DNA of 64,000 nucleotides from Lama guanicoe (taxonomy: Eukaryota): contig MU056000.1 of assembly GCA_013239625.1 (NCBI GenBank), forward strand, positions 11,731,175 to 11,795,174, read 5' to 3'. Every line of letters begins with the position of its first letter. Position 1 is the first letter of the stretch. The position numbers were made by a program, and so were the translations under genes. Below are positions 53,477 through 64,000 of the stretch, piece after piece. The notes beneath the pieces are model-generated. The model was not told the DNA's origin. It searched no databases and was given only the letters and a program-made list of their open reading frames with translations.

Positions 53477-54105
53477 ATATCTGAGTGTCCATTAACAGAT
53501 GAATGGATAAAGAAGATGTGGTATATGTACACAATGGAATACTGCTCAGCCATAAAAAAAGAACAGAATTTTGTCATTTGCAACAATATGGACGGACCTG
53601 GAGGGTATAATGCTAAGTGAAATAAGTCAGACAGAGAAAGGCAAATACTGTCTGTTATCACTTATATGTGGAATCTAAGAAATAAAACAGATGAATAAAT
53701 ATAACATAATAGAAACAGATCCACAGATACAGAGAACAAACTAGTGGATATCAGTGTGCAGAGGGAAGGGAGGAGGCAAGATAGATGGAAAGGATTAACA
53801 GGTAAAAGCTACTATCTATAAGATAAATAGGCTATAAGGGAATGTGACCAATATTTTATAATAACTTTTTTTATTGAAGTATAGTCAATTTACAATGTTG
53901 TGTCAATTTCTGGTGTACAGCACAACTCTTCGGTCGTACATGAATATACATATATTCATTTTCGTATTCTTTTTCACCATGAGCTACTACATATAATAAC
54001 TTTAAATGAAGTATAATCTACAAATATTTTCAATCACTATGTAGTATATATGATATAATAATATAAATCAACTATACTTCAATAAAAAATAAAACAAAAA
54101 AAAAT
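53477..54105 (+). mobile_element. Older L1 3' end inside the provirus (its 5' part is duplicated at 51680-51943)
   Basis: gtgtccattaacagatgaatggataaagaagatgtgg...taaatcaactatacttcaataaaa. Confidence 0.85.
53869..53991 (-). mobile_element. ~120-bp antisense L1 3' end nested in the older L1
   Basis: Perfect 12-bp TSD tataataacttt at 53857-53868 and 53992-54003. Confidence 0.88.
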
Positions 54106-56871
54106 GAATAAAATTACATTGTGACTGCCTGATACATAAATAAATAAATAAATTTAGTTGTACCTATTAAAAATAAATAAAAAATGATTTTTAATTTAAA
54201 ATTTTATATTTTAATGGAAAAAACTAAAATTTTAATTTTGTGCCAGCTTACTTTTGATATTAAGACTCATTTACTTAATTAAATTTATTCCAGTCTTAGT
54301 CCTGACCACACATAAAATTCCTTTCCAAAGATTTGCTTTTTTACAAGCTTTCTACAACTTTCTATGTCCATTTTAGTTTGTCCCTTGTTCTCTTTCCCAT
54401 TTAGAAATAAAGAGATTTAGGACAAATTCACTTTCTTTGTCCTTAACAAAAAACATCTCATTCCTTATACCTTTTTTTCAACCCCAAAACATATTTCACT
54501 TTTCTTGTTAGTGCTAGCAGCTTTAACCACATATAGTAACTGGATTTCTTAATCCTTTGAAACCTTAAGTTTTTTGGCAAAAATAAAGAAAAATTGTGAA
54601 CTGTGTTAGCAAGTTTTGGGTTGGTGAACTTATAAATACATTTTATAATTTCCAGAAACATATGCTACTTCATAGCAGATTTTTTCAATAATGCACAAGA
54701 TATACATGTTTACCAATAGACCTAAACATATTTAGTCTCTCTGTAATAAAAGATCAGAAGTAGGGAAACTTAGATGTGTTTAGCAATTGCTGATTGAGTA
54801 TTTTATTTCATTTGGAAATGATCTAGATATTTAGTGAATTCTTATCATTTAATTTAAGTTAGCAAAACTAAAGGTGTAAATTACCAATGCAATTTAAGAA
54901 ACTATTTGACATATCATAAAACAATTATTGTTACAAAGTTCACCTAAAAACTCTTATCTTATTTACATCTGTTTAATTCACTTGTTCTTAAGAATCACAC
55001 TTAGATTACTCATGAAAATTTCATGAGACATTAAAGCACTTAGTAATCATCTTCAATTCTTTGTTTTTTGTTTTTTGCTGAAAAACTTTGCAACAGAGAC
55101 AACATGAGCCCATCTGGCTAGTAAACCCACGTAGGACAAAAGTTGTTTACCTGCCTAAAAATATTTTATGCTGACAACTCTGAAGATATACCTGTATTAA
55201 TTAAACCAACAAACTTAAAGTTAGCCTTTATTTACCAAAGATAATCCTAGATCACATGAACTTGAAAAACATTTGGGTTAATTTTTATTATATTTTTTAA
55301 AAATTTTATATAAGTGTTTGCCTCAGCCAATTAAATAGAGCTCTTTTACAGAATAATTTTGGCAATAACATATAATGGTAGAAAAATCTATAATGTATAC
55401 ATACAGACATGTAGATAGACACAACCAGAGATCTCATAGTTTTCATTTTCTAACTTTAGTCGTGAATCAGGTACAACATAAAACTCACCGCTTTATAAAT
55501 AACAGTTGGAATAAGCTAAGTTTACTCACTCCAATGGTTAAAGTCTTTTACTATTTCTGGAGAAGACTTTTAATATCTATATTTTCCCTTGACAGGCAAT
55601 TTTTAAGGAAGCTGTGACTTCGAGTTTTGGCAAGAGTGTTCTTCTAACAGTTTTTGTTTTAAAAGCCCTCTTTCCCTCTTTTTTTGGTGTCAGATTCTAG
55701 TGATTGCGTTAGTTCAAGCTCAGTCTCAGGTGACTGCAGGCTGTGTTTACATTTCAAAGACATGAAAGATTCATAACTTTAAAGCACAGAGAAAGAAAAT
55801 TTTTCTTCTAGGTGTTTTGAAGTACATTTGTCTATTATCACAAGTCTTAGGGTAATTATTATTTAAATTTTTTCTCTTAAGTATGAGACACTTTTGCTCC
55901 AATATCCTAATTTTTCGTAACAGCCACAAGCATTTGAGAGGAATAGGTGATATTCTGGGATTGGTGAAGATAAGTGGGCATTGACTTATTTCTAGAGTTG
56001 TATTTCTGGTTTTGTAGAGATTAGCAAGGCAGAGACAGTTGCTTCTATTAGCCATTAAATACTGGCTTCCAGTTGATCTATTTCCTAATCATTTATAAGA
56101 GGTCCTGAAGAATTACTGAGGAGATGGGACTTTTTCTTTAAGAAGGGGAATTTACACTGGATCCTTAAGTCCAATTTATGTTCTTTCATCTTAATAAGGG
56201 ATTCCCTAAGGAGCATCACTATCCTTTTTTTCCTTTCAATTTGATCCTCTCATAAGTACCAATATGACAGCTGTTTATTAATTATGAAAGCTCTCAAAAA
56301 TTTCCCTTCAAATAGTCAATTTAAAGGATCTATTATATGGTCATTGACAAGTAAGATCTCATATTAATCTCAAATAGTGACTCAAATCAATAACCTTTTT
56401 TTTTATGGCTTAACCAAAGACAAAAGAGGTATCTCACGAGAGAACATGTAGCCCTCACAAGATCTAGAAAGTTTACTCTTAGAATCTAAGAAAGTAAAAG
56501 CCTTTCATTGCTACAGGCAGTAAGAATGATGTAGTGAAAACGGTGTCTCAGTTTCCTGTTGAAAACAAGGAATGCGTTCAGTCGCAGGCGCACTAATCTG
56601 CGACACCAGGGAGGCACTACTGTCGTTAGCAAGGCAACAAAGGTCCCTTATGGACTGAAACATCTTGTAACAAATTCTGAGAGTTGGCACAGCCAGACGA
56701 AGAGAGGGCTGCTTGTGATTTTGTGCCTTGGTACCCCAATTTATTTGGCCACCAGATGCACCCTGGTAAATGCACCTTCCAGATGGCAGAAACCAGTGAA
56801 AATATTCTCACTGGACACAAAGCCAAGCTCTCAGGACGTAGAACAAATGGAATGAAAACCTCACTTGTGGT

Positions 56872-57033
56872 TTTTTTTTTGAGATTTTTTTTCTTTTTTA
56901 TTGACGTATAGTCAGTTTACACTGCTGTGTCAATTTCTGGTGCACAGCACAATGTTTCAGTCATCCATATACATACATATATTCCTTTTCACATTATTTT
57001 TCATTATAGATTACTGTAAGATATTGACCATAG
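56872..57033 (-). mobile_element. Short L1 3' end inside the provirus leader region
   Basis: Poly-T, then ttattgacgtatagtcagtttaca...tgtgtcaatttctggtgcacagcac. No clear TSD. Confidence 0.8.
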
Positions 57034-57500
57034 AAGACCCATGGCAAAGTTTGTCTAAGTGGACGTTGTCCTGGTGAGAACAATTAACTCACCCATTGGC
57101 TTGAAGAGTAGGCTTCTAGAGCCCAGGCCTGTGTCCTGCCTTATGGTTCTTCCCCTTTAGGACAAATGATGCAATAGACAAAGACAAAAAGAGTGAACAT
57201 CTCATGGAGGAAAGAATCAATAAAAACAGAGAGCATTCATCTGCAAACACCAGAGTTGCTATGTTGCAAGAAACTAGCTCCACAAATATTTTCTCCTGCT
57301 CATCTAAATGTAGAGAAAGAGAAAAAAAAACTCTTAACCATTTTCCCTTCTACCAAAACTTGCGGGCAGAGATCTTGAAAGTTGATGTGGTGGAAATCTT
57401 ACCTTCTGTTGGTCTTTGTCAGGCGTCCCAGGATCTCTCAGCCGCAGCAGCCTGGATGTGGAAGGTGGGGTCCAGACAGCCTCCCAGCGGCCTCATTAAC

Positions 57501-57938
57501 TGTCAGGGAGGGGGGACTTCCCCCATACCCTCTTGAGTTGTTGTGGCTGGACTAACAATAAAATTGACCCAAGACAGATTAACAGGAGAAAAAGAAAGAA
57601 GTTTTAATTTGTGTGCGTGGAGGTCTCATAGAAACAGGGCCTAAGAAGTAGCCAAAGCAGGAAAGTTTTTATACTTTTTAGGCAAAGAAACAATAAATTC
57701 ATGAGAAATCGACAGGAAAAAGAAACTTGGGTTTTGGGGTGCTTAATTAGAGAAGAATCTCAACAATTTGGGCTTCTTGGCCCTGAATTCCCTACCTCTG
57801 TCAATAAGGGTGTCCACAGGAAAAAGAAACTTGGGTTTTGGGTGCTTAATTAGAGAAGAATCTCAACAATTTGGGCTTCTTGGCCCTGAATTCCCTACCT
57901 CTGTCAGTAAGGGTGTCCCACCTCCAGACGCAGGGAGT
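57501..57938 (-). mobile_element. 5' LTR of the provirus, truncated and rearranged
   Basis: Homologous to 47388-47770. Similarity stops at ccagacgcagggagt, so ~160 bp are missing. Confidence 0.8.
57712..57918. repeat. ~103-bp tandem duplication within the 5' LTR
   Basis: 57712-57815 and 57816-57918 differ by a 1-nt indel and one substitution. Confidence 0.95.
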
Positions 57939-58137
57939 CAAATCAAGCAGGCCCCAGCCAGGTCCAGTGGGGATTTTTGAGAGTCTGGATAAATTTGGGC
58001 ATCTACGACTCGTGTCTTCTGTCAATGTACTGACACCTCAGGGTCACTCTAGACCCACTTTGTCTGCCCAGGGCCTTGAAAATAGTCTTCAAACCCAGGT
58101 GTAGAGCTGCCACTGTGACTCCACTCAGCATGACCTT

Positions 58138-58290
58138 GCCGCTCGGGAAGATGAACGGGAAGGACTGTGGGGACACTGGAGGCAGGCCGAGGCCGCCTGG
58201 GCGGGGCATTGCAGGGTCCCAGGGCCCGGACGGAGGTTCCACGTGGGTACGTCCTCCGGCTACTGCAGAGTCTTTGCCCCGGGGAGGGGT
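58138..58290. promoter_or_regulatory. Small CpG-rich unique block, candidate regulatory element
   Basis: About 12 CpG in ~150 bp in an otherwise CpG-depleted window. GC box tgggcggggc at 58198-58207; E-box CACGTG at 58240-58245. Confidence 0.3.
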
Positions 58291-59458
58291 GCACACTGTC
58301 AAAGATCAGAGTGGAAGAGCTCACGCAGGGGAGCAGGGTGCAGGTATGATCTCTGACACTGAGACAGGGTCCAGCTAGGGTGATAACAGGGTAATTCTGC
58401 TCCTCCCGTACTAAGCACACCTGAGGTTCTAATCCTGGTCCCCTGGCCCCTCCAACTATTCCATAGGATTCCTCCTTGCTTCCTCCCCTGCTTTCACTCC
58501 CCTTTGGTTTTCCTATTTCCTAATTCCCTCCTTTTATCTTAACATTTGGTTCCCTTTCTTCTTGACTTTTCTCCCTCAGTCCCAACTCTGCTTAGATGGC
58601 CAGCAGCACCCCTGGCCCTGTCTGGCCCTGCAGTGGTATGCAAAGTTAGAATTTCCAATCCTTATAGTACCTCACAGATGAATTTACAGTACTAAAGTTA
58701 CTATTTAGGGGAATTCTTATACAACAAAGACCTCCAAGCCACAGCCTAGTCATGTTTGTTGATTCGTTCTTCTTACAAACCCTTATTAAGTGTCTATAAA
58801 ATACCAGCTTTTTGATGCACAGCAGTAAAAATGCACGCTCTCTGCTCTTTGCTTTCTAGTGTAGGAGATGGCAAATAAACCAGCTAATCCAGGTCAGAAG
58901 GATCAGTACTTGAAAGCAGTGTGAGCAGGGGCTGTGAGGGAACAGACTAGCATCCTAGAAAAGATGGCCCTGAACTGAGTGTTGAAAGGTGAATAGGTGC
59001 TGTCTGGCTGAAGAGTAGAGAAAGGACACTCAGAAGTGATGATGTGGAAAAACTCAAGAGGTAAATATTTCTACCTGGGTTGAAAAGTGAATGTGGGGCA
59101 GTAGAGGGAATGAGGGTCCAGAAATTAAGAAGAATTGAATCAAAGATAGCCGTGCACACATACTTGAGTTCAAGTTTTCCTAAAAGTGACATGAAATGGC
59201 CACTAAAGGATTTTAAAATGACAGCGTGAGAGTTCCAGCAGAGTGGATTGAAGGGACCACATTATAGGTATGGAGGTCTCTTGGGAAACGACTACAGAAC
59301 TCCAGGCAAGAGGGAGGAGGGGCTGGATGGAAGAGGCAGATTTGGGAGACAGTAGGAAGAGGGGATCTATAGGGCTTTGTACCTGATTAGACTGTAGGAT
59401 GAGGAGGTCAACGAGCTAGAGAAATCTAGGAAAGGTGTTTAGTTCCTAATTTAGGCAA

Positions 59459-60122
59459 TACATTAGGTACTGTTCTCCCAGAAATAAAACCAATAGTGGA
59501 GAAAGAGAAAGACTGAATGATTGATTGACTGATTGATTGGTTTTAAGGAATTATCTCATGTGATTATGAGGGTCTGGAATGTCTAAAACTTGCAGGCTGG
59601 AACTAGTAAGAATTGATGTTGCAGTCTTGAGTCAGAGATCCATGGGGTAAACAAGAAGGCTGGAAATTCACACAGACTTTCCATGTTACAGTTTTGAGGC
59701 AGAATTCCTTCTTGTCTGGGAAATATCAATTTTTACTCTTTTTTTTTTAACTGAAGTATAGTCAGTTTACAATGTGTTAATTTCTGGTGTACAGCATCGT
59801 AATTCAGATATATATGTATATTCCTTTTCATATTCTTTTTCATTATAGGCTATACAAGATATTGAATATAGTTCCCTATGCTGTACAGTAGGCCCTTGTT
59901 GTTTTATCTATTTTATATAAAGTAGTGTGTATCTGCAAATCTTCAACTGATTGGTTGAGGCCCACCTGCATTATAAAGGATGATCTGTTTTACTTAAAGT
60001 CAAGTGATTATAAATGTCAATCACATCTACAAAATACCTTCCAGCAACATCATGACTAGTGTTTGACCAAACAACTGGGCACAATAGCACAGCTTAATTG
60101 ACATGTAAAATTAACCATCACA
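59459..60122 (-). mobile_element. ERVL solo LTR (MLT2D-like)
   Basis: tttaaggaatt...cttcaactgattggttgaggcccacc...taaaattaaccatcaca. Perfect 5-bp TSD ggcaa at 59454-59458 and 60123-60127. Confidence 0.88.
59740..59940 (-). mobile_element. Short L1 3' end nested in MLT2
   Basis: ttttttaactgaagtatagtcagtttacaatgtg...atctgcaaat. Confidence 0.85.
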
Positions 60123-61559
60123 GGCAACAAGTGTGATGGTAGCATTGATCATTAAGTTCACTAATACAGGGAGGAAAATATTACAGTAGAAAAGTGAGTT
60201 TGGTTTCAGACATGTAGGGTTGGAAATGCCTGTGGAACCGCCAAACCAGCTCTGAAACTAACCACAGAAATGTGGTTGGATTGTGCCAGTAAGAAGGGAA
60301 AGCTTTTCAAATGAAGATGACTTGGCAATTTCAAATACTAGAGAGAAAGACAAAGGCATCATCAAACTTACTGATCTGGAGATCAATCAGAAGACCAGGG
60401 AGAGTGCCGAAATGGAAGCTAAATAGTGGAAATAGATGAAAGAGGAAATAGTTGAATATGAACTACTCTTTAAGAAATCTTCCCTGACAGCCCACTGATT
60501 TCCAGGAACGTTGGATCTAGCAGAATAATGTTCAAACAACAATAATTTAGACACCTCTTTGGAGAGTCATTAACTGGAATCCAAGACGTACTCAGAAGAA
60601 GGGGCTGAACTAGGGAGGGGTCATTGTACTCCCCAACTACCTTATCCTGTGTGCCCTCTGGCAAACTCCTTAACCATTCTGATCTACAAAACTGGAATAA
60701 TTATACTTGGCTTAAAGAAATAGCTTGAGAATTAAACCATATTTATGTATGTAAAAGCAACAGCAAAATGAAAACAAAGATGCAGTACTTAGCAGCTATT
60801 ATAATGTGTTATTCCCATTAAGCATTTACCCAATAATAAAAGGATATTAACATCTAAGAATTTGGTCAACCTTTATTTAAAGCCTATTTTATACTCTTTC
60901 AGAGAAAACCATTTAGATGTATCTCCTAATTTTATAGATCACAGATCTTAGAAAACTGAATCTCAGAAAACATTTTAAACATTTAACTATTACTTGAATT
61001 TTTGATGCATTAGAAACCATGTGGTTAGCCTTTCCTCTTTTTATATTGATGAACTCAGAGCTATGGTAGAAAAATCTCAACATGAATCGGTACTGGTGTT
61101 CTTAGCTAATTAGAGTCAGCAGTCTTTTAGATAATTTGGGCTTTTTGTTATCTAGGCAAAAATGCAGCTAAGTTTTCATTAAGCAGAGTTAAAGACAATC
61201 CATTTTTAAAATAATTGTCATCAATTATTTTCTTCCCACTGAAGCAAGTTACTGTGAATTCATTACAGAGGAAAAAAGTGTTTTAAAAAGTGGGTGACTG
61301 ATAAGCATGGCTTCCTGCTCTCTGAAGATAAACCACTGACGAGCCACAGGGTTAGAACAGAGAAATGGTGGGCTGTTCCCTTGACGTGTCCATGTTTACA
61401 ATAGGATGGCATCTGTACTTTGATTCCTGATGTGAATAACGCACGTGTATAGCACTTAACAAAGCTCTCAGCTTCTTCCATGTTGTCATACCAGTCCTAT
61501 TATGTAGATGAGATTCATTCATAAATATTTATTGACCTATTAGATCTACCAGATTTTCT

Positions 61560-62460
61560 GATCTAGTAGGATGTCCAAAATCCAGAACACTGACAATACC
61601 CAATGCTAGCAAGAATGTGGAGGAACTAAAACTCTCATTCCTTGCTGGTGGGAATGCAAAATGGTACAGCCACTTTGGAAGACGGTCTGGTGGTTTCTTG
61701 AAAAACAAACGTACTCTTACCATAAGATCCAGTAATCGTGTTCATTGTATTTACACTAAGGAGCTGAAAACTTATACACACCTACACAAAAAAACTGCAC
61801 ATGGATGTTTTTTGCAGCTTTATTTATAACTGTCAAAACTTGGAAGCAACCAAGATGTCTTTCAACAGGTGAATGGATAAATAAACTGTGGTACATCGAG
61901 ACAGTGGAGTATTATTCTGCGCTAAGAAGAAATCAGCTATCAAGCCATGAAAAGATGAGGAGGAAACTTAAATGCATATTACTGAGTGAAAGAGCCAGTC
62001 TGAAAAAGCTTCATAGTGTAAGATTTCAATCCTATGAAGTTCTGGAAAAGGCAAAACTATGGAGACAGTAAAAAGATCAGTGGTTGCCAAGGGTTGACTG
62101 GTGGGTGGGGGTGGGCTGTGGTGTTTGGGGAAGGACGAATAAGTGGAGCACAGAGGATCAGAGGGTTTTTAGGGCAGTAAAAATACTCTGTTACTGTAAT
62201 GATGGATATGTCATTAGACTTTTATCCAAACCCACAGAAAATACAATATCAAAAGTAAATTCTAATACAAACTCTGGACTATGGGTGATTATGATGTATC
62301 AGTGTACGTTCAGCAGCTGTAACAACTGTCCCACTCTGCTGGAGGGTGTTGATAATGAGGCAGGCTAAACAAGGGTGGGGACAGAGGTTATATGGGAAAC
62401 CTCTGTACTTTCCTGTTAATTTTGCTGAACTGAAAACTGCTCTTTTAAAAATAGTCTTTA
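61560..62460 (+). mobile_element. L1MC-like 3' end (ORF2 C-terminus plus 3' UTR)
   Basis: The ORF at 61805 (FFAALFITVKTWKQPRCLSTGEWINKLWYI) is the decayed L1 ORF2 C-terminus. The UTR matches 258-612. Confidence 0.85.
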
Positions 62461-62462
62461 AA

Positions 62463-62718
62463 CATAGAATACAAACTTCTGGTTGCCAAGGGAGTGGAGG
62501 ATGGGAAGGGATAGACAGGATTTCAAAATTGTAGAACAGATACACAAGATTATACTGTATAGCACAGGGAAATATATACAAGATCTCATGGTAGCTCACA
62601 GAGAAAAAAATGTGACAATGAATATATATATGTTCATGTATAACTGAAAAATTGTGCTCTACACTGGAATTTGACACAACATTGTAAAATGATTAATAAA
62701 CCAATTAAAAAAGTCTAA
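62463..62718 (+). mobile_element. Young L1 3' UTR inserted in the L1MC tail
   Basis: TSD aaaaatagtcttta (62447-62460) / aaaaataatcttta (62719-62732). Same subtype as 2471 and 41911. Confidence 0.88.
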
Positions 62719-62744
62719 AAAAATAATCTTTAAAAAAATAAACC

Positions 62745-63200
62745 ATTTCATATGTATATACAGCACTTACTATGTGCCAGGTATTGTCACAGGTGCTGGG
62801 AACAAAGTCCCTGCTCCCATGGAGTTTCTATGGAACAAGGATGTATTCAGTGCCTTTGGGAAGCTTCATTCTCTGCTAGACTCCAGAGGTCCCATAATGA
62901 GAAGGTGGTTGAGGTCCCTAATCTCAAAGAGCTTGCAGTCCAGTTGGGGGAACAAATGAACCCACAGGAATAATCTGCTACCCCAGGGAGGTAAGAAAAG
63001 GGATGCTAAAGCTGGAATGAGAGGCATGTGATGTGAGCAGGAAGTGATGTTTGAGCTAAGTTCTAAAAGATCAGAATATGAGTAGAATTCAGCCAAGGAA
63101 GAAGAAACAGAAGTGAGACTACTATGTGGGAAAGAAAGCATCAAGCAGTTAAGAAAGCCATTCATGAACGTAAAGCTTAAGGTGTGCAGTGGTGTGTGGA
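62745..63200 (-). mobile_element. L2 3' fragment(s)
   Basis: cagcacttactatgtgccaggtattg...ggtccctaatctcaaagagcttgcagtc...gaagtgatgtttgagctaag. Confidence 0.65.
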
Positions 63201-63912
63201 AGGCAGACAGAAATAAACCTGCAGGAACAAAGCTTGAACTGGGCAATTCTTTTTGGGCAAAGCCTCCAAGTTGAGACACATTAAAGCCAATTCAATTTGT
63301 TTTTCCTTAGGTTACCAGTGTAGAAAAAAATAAAGAAATATGAAAAAGGGTTATAAAAATTAGGCATTTTAAATGTTTTCTCTTAAATTAATGCTTCAAC
63401 ACAAATATATAAACATCAATGACTATGTAAGCAATCTCATTTGAAGATAAAGCAAGAAATATAAATTTGTTGCCTTCCATTAGTGCAAGGTTACCTCTCC
63501 TGTACACACACACACACACACACAGTGCCCCAGGCCCACGGAACACTTACTTAAGAAGTCTTCCTTATAAGGAATGATGAGAATTGGGAATTTTATCATA
63601 AGAGCAATGGGAATCCCTGGAAAAGAGCTGAAGCAGGTGAGTGACATAATCTCATTTGCAATGTTATCAATTTTGGGTAATAGATTAAGGGGAGGCAGCA
63701 TTGGAGACAGGGGACAGGTGTGAGCTCAGTGATCCACATGAAGCGGGGTGGGGGGGGGTCTGGACCAGGACAGTCGTTCTGGTATAAGGTTTGAATCAGA
63801 GAAATATTTAGATGGTAGAATCAGCAGGACTTCCTGTCCGACTGAATAAGGGACATGAGGGAGACAGAGGAAATGGTTTTCCAATCAAAATATTCAAGTT
63901 ACTTTCAGCTTA

Positions 63913-64000
63913 TGTTAGGGACTAAGTGTTTATGTCTTCCTGAAACCCATAGGTCGAAACCCTTACCCCCAATGTAATGTTATTTGGAGGTGGGGACTTA
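63913..64000 (+). mobile_element. MaLR LTR (MLT1A-like) start, cut by the window edge
   Basis: tgttagggactaagtgtttatgtc...cccaatgtaatgttatttggaggtgggg. Confidence 0.7.

Larger units (their letters stand above)
49763..53740. repeat. ~2.2-kb tandem duplication (49763-51943 / 51945-53740); second copy internally deleted
   Basis: Offsets of 2182, then 1760, then 1797 bp. Matching ORF translations at 51160/52920, 51290/53050 and 51634/53425. Confidence 0.95.
47388..57938 (-). mobile_element. Non-coding ERV1 (MER4-group-like) provirus with nested L1s and duplications
   Basis: Two homologous LTRs in direct orientation, both starting tgtcagggaggg (47388, 57501). Polypurine tract on the minus strand next to the left LTR. 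AT-rich interior with no long ORF. Confidence 0.8.
58745..60460 (-). mobile_element. L2 LINE, interrupted by MLT2
   Basis: L2 tail-like cttattaagtgtctataaaataccag; antisense L2 motifs continue after 60127 (gagtttggtttcagacatgtagggttggaaatgcctgtgg). Confidence 0.6.

Noticed and set aside
47388..57938. CRISPR-like array or intact retroviral gag/pol/env
   Set aside because: The repeats are long tandem duplications without spacers, and no long ORF or RT/integrase/env motif is visible.
58070..58225. Minus-strand peptide PQSFPFIFPSGKVMLSG resembles the TBP C-terminal repeat (PRIVLLIFVSGKVVLTG)
   Set aside because: Only 9 of 17 identities, weak flanks, wrong spacing to any first repeat and no clear DNA-level similarity. 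This is chance level for six frames of 64 kb. A profile-HMM search with the TBP domain would settle it.
1..64000. ORF-track entries as protein-coding genes (e.g. 5405-5938, 3687-4163, 18787-19230)
   Set aside because: All are under 180 aa, many start at non-ATG codons, most overlap repeats or low-complexity DNA, and none shows a recognisable non-transposon domain.

Overview
Mammalian, AT-rich, repeat-dense non-coding DNA, intergenic or deep intronic. It is most likely from a camelid (camel/alpaca/llama), judged from a tRNA-derived vic-1-like SINE at about 40.6 kb and many short lineage-specific L1 3' ends. No protein-coding gene, RNA gene or CRISPR array can be supported; the listed ORFs are short chance ORFs or readings of repeats. 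Roughly half of the window is recognisable transposon debris: L2, MIR, old L1M, MaLR/ERVL LTRs, hAT MITEs and young L1 with target-site duplications (TSDs). The largest structure is a ~10.5 kb minus-strand, non-coding ERV1-like provirus (47388-57938). It has old, diverged LTRs but carries three near-identical internal tandem duplications (641 bp, ~2.2 kb, ~103 bp) plus nested L1s; these could be recent rearrangements or assembly artefacts. Other observations are a shared 5'-truncation window in four independent L1 copies, an apparent L1-associated target deletion, a 20-bp perfect palindrome in motif-rich unique DNA, and a small CpG-rich block next to the truncated LTR. I did not find convincing evidence of a wholly new biological system. 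Repeat subfamily names are from visual recall of consensus sequences and need RepeatMasker/Dfam confirmation.
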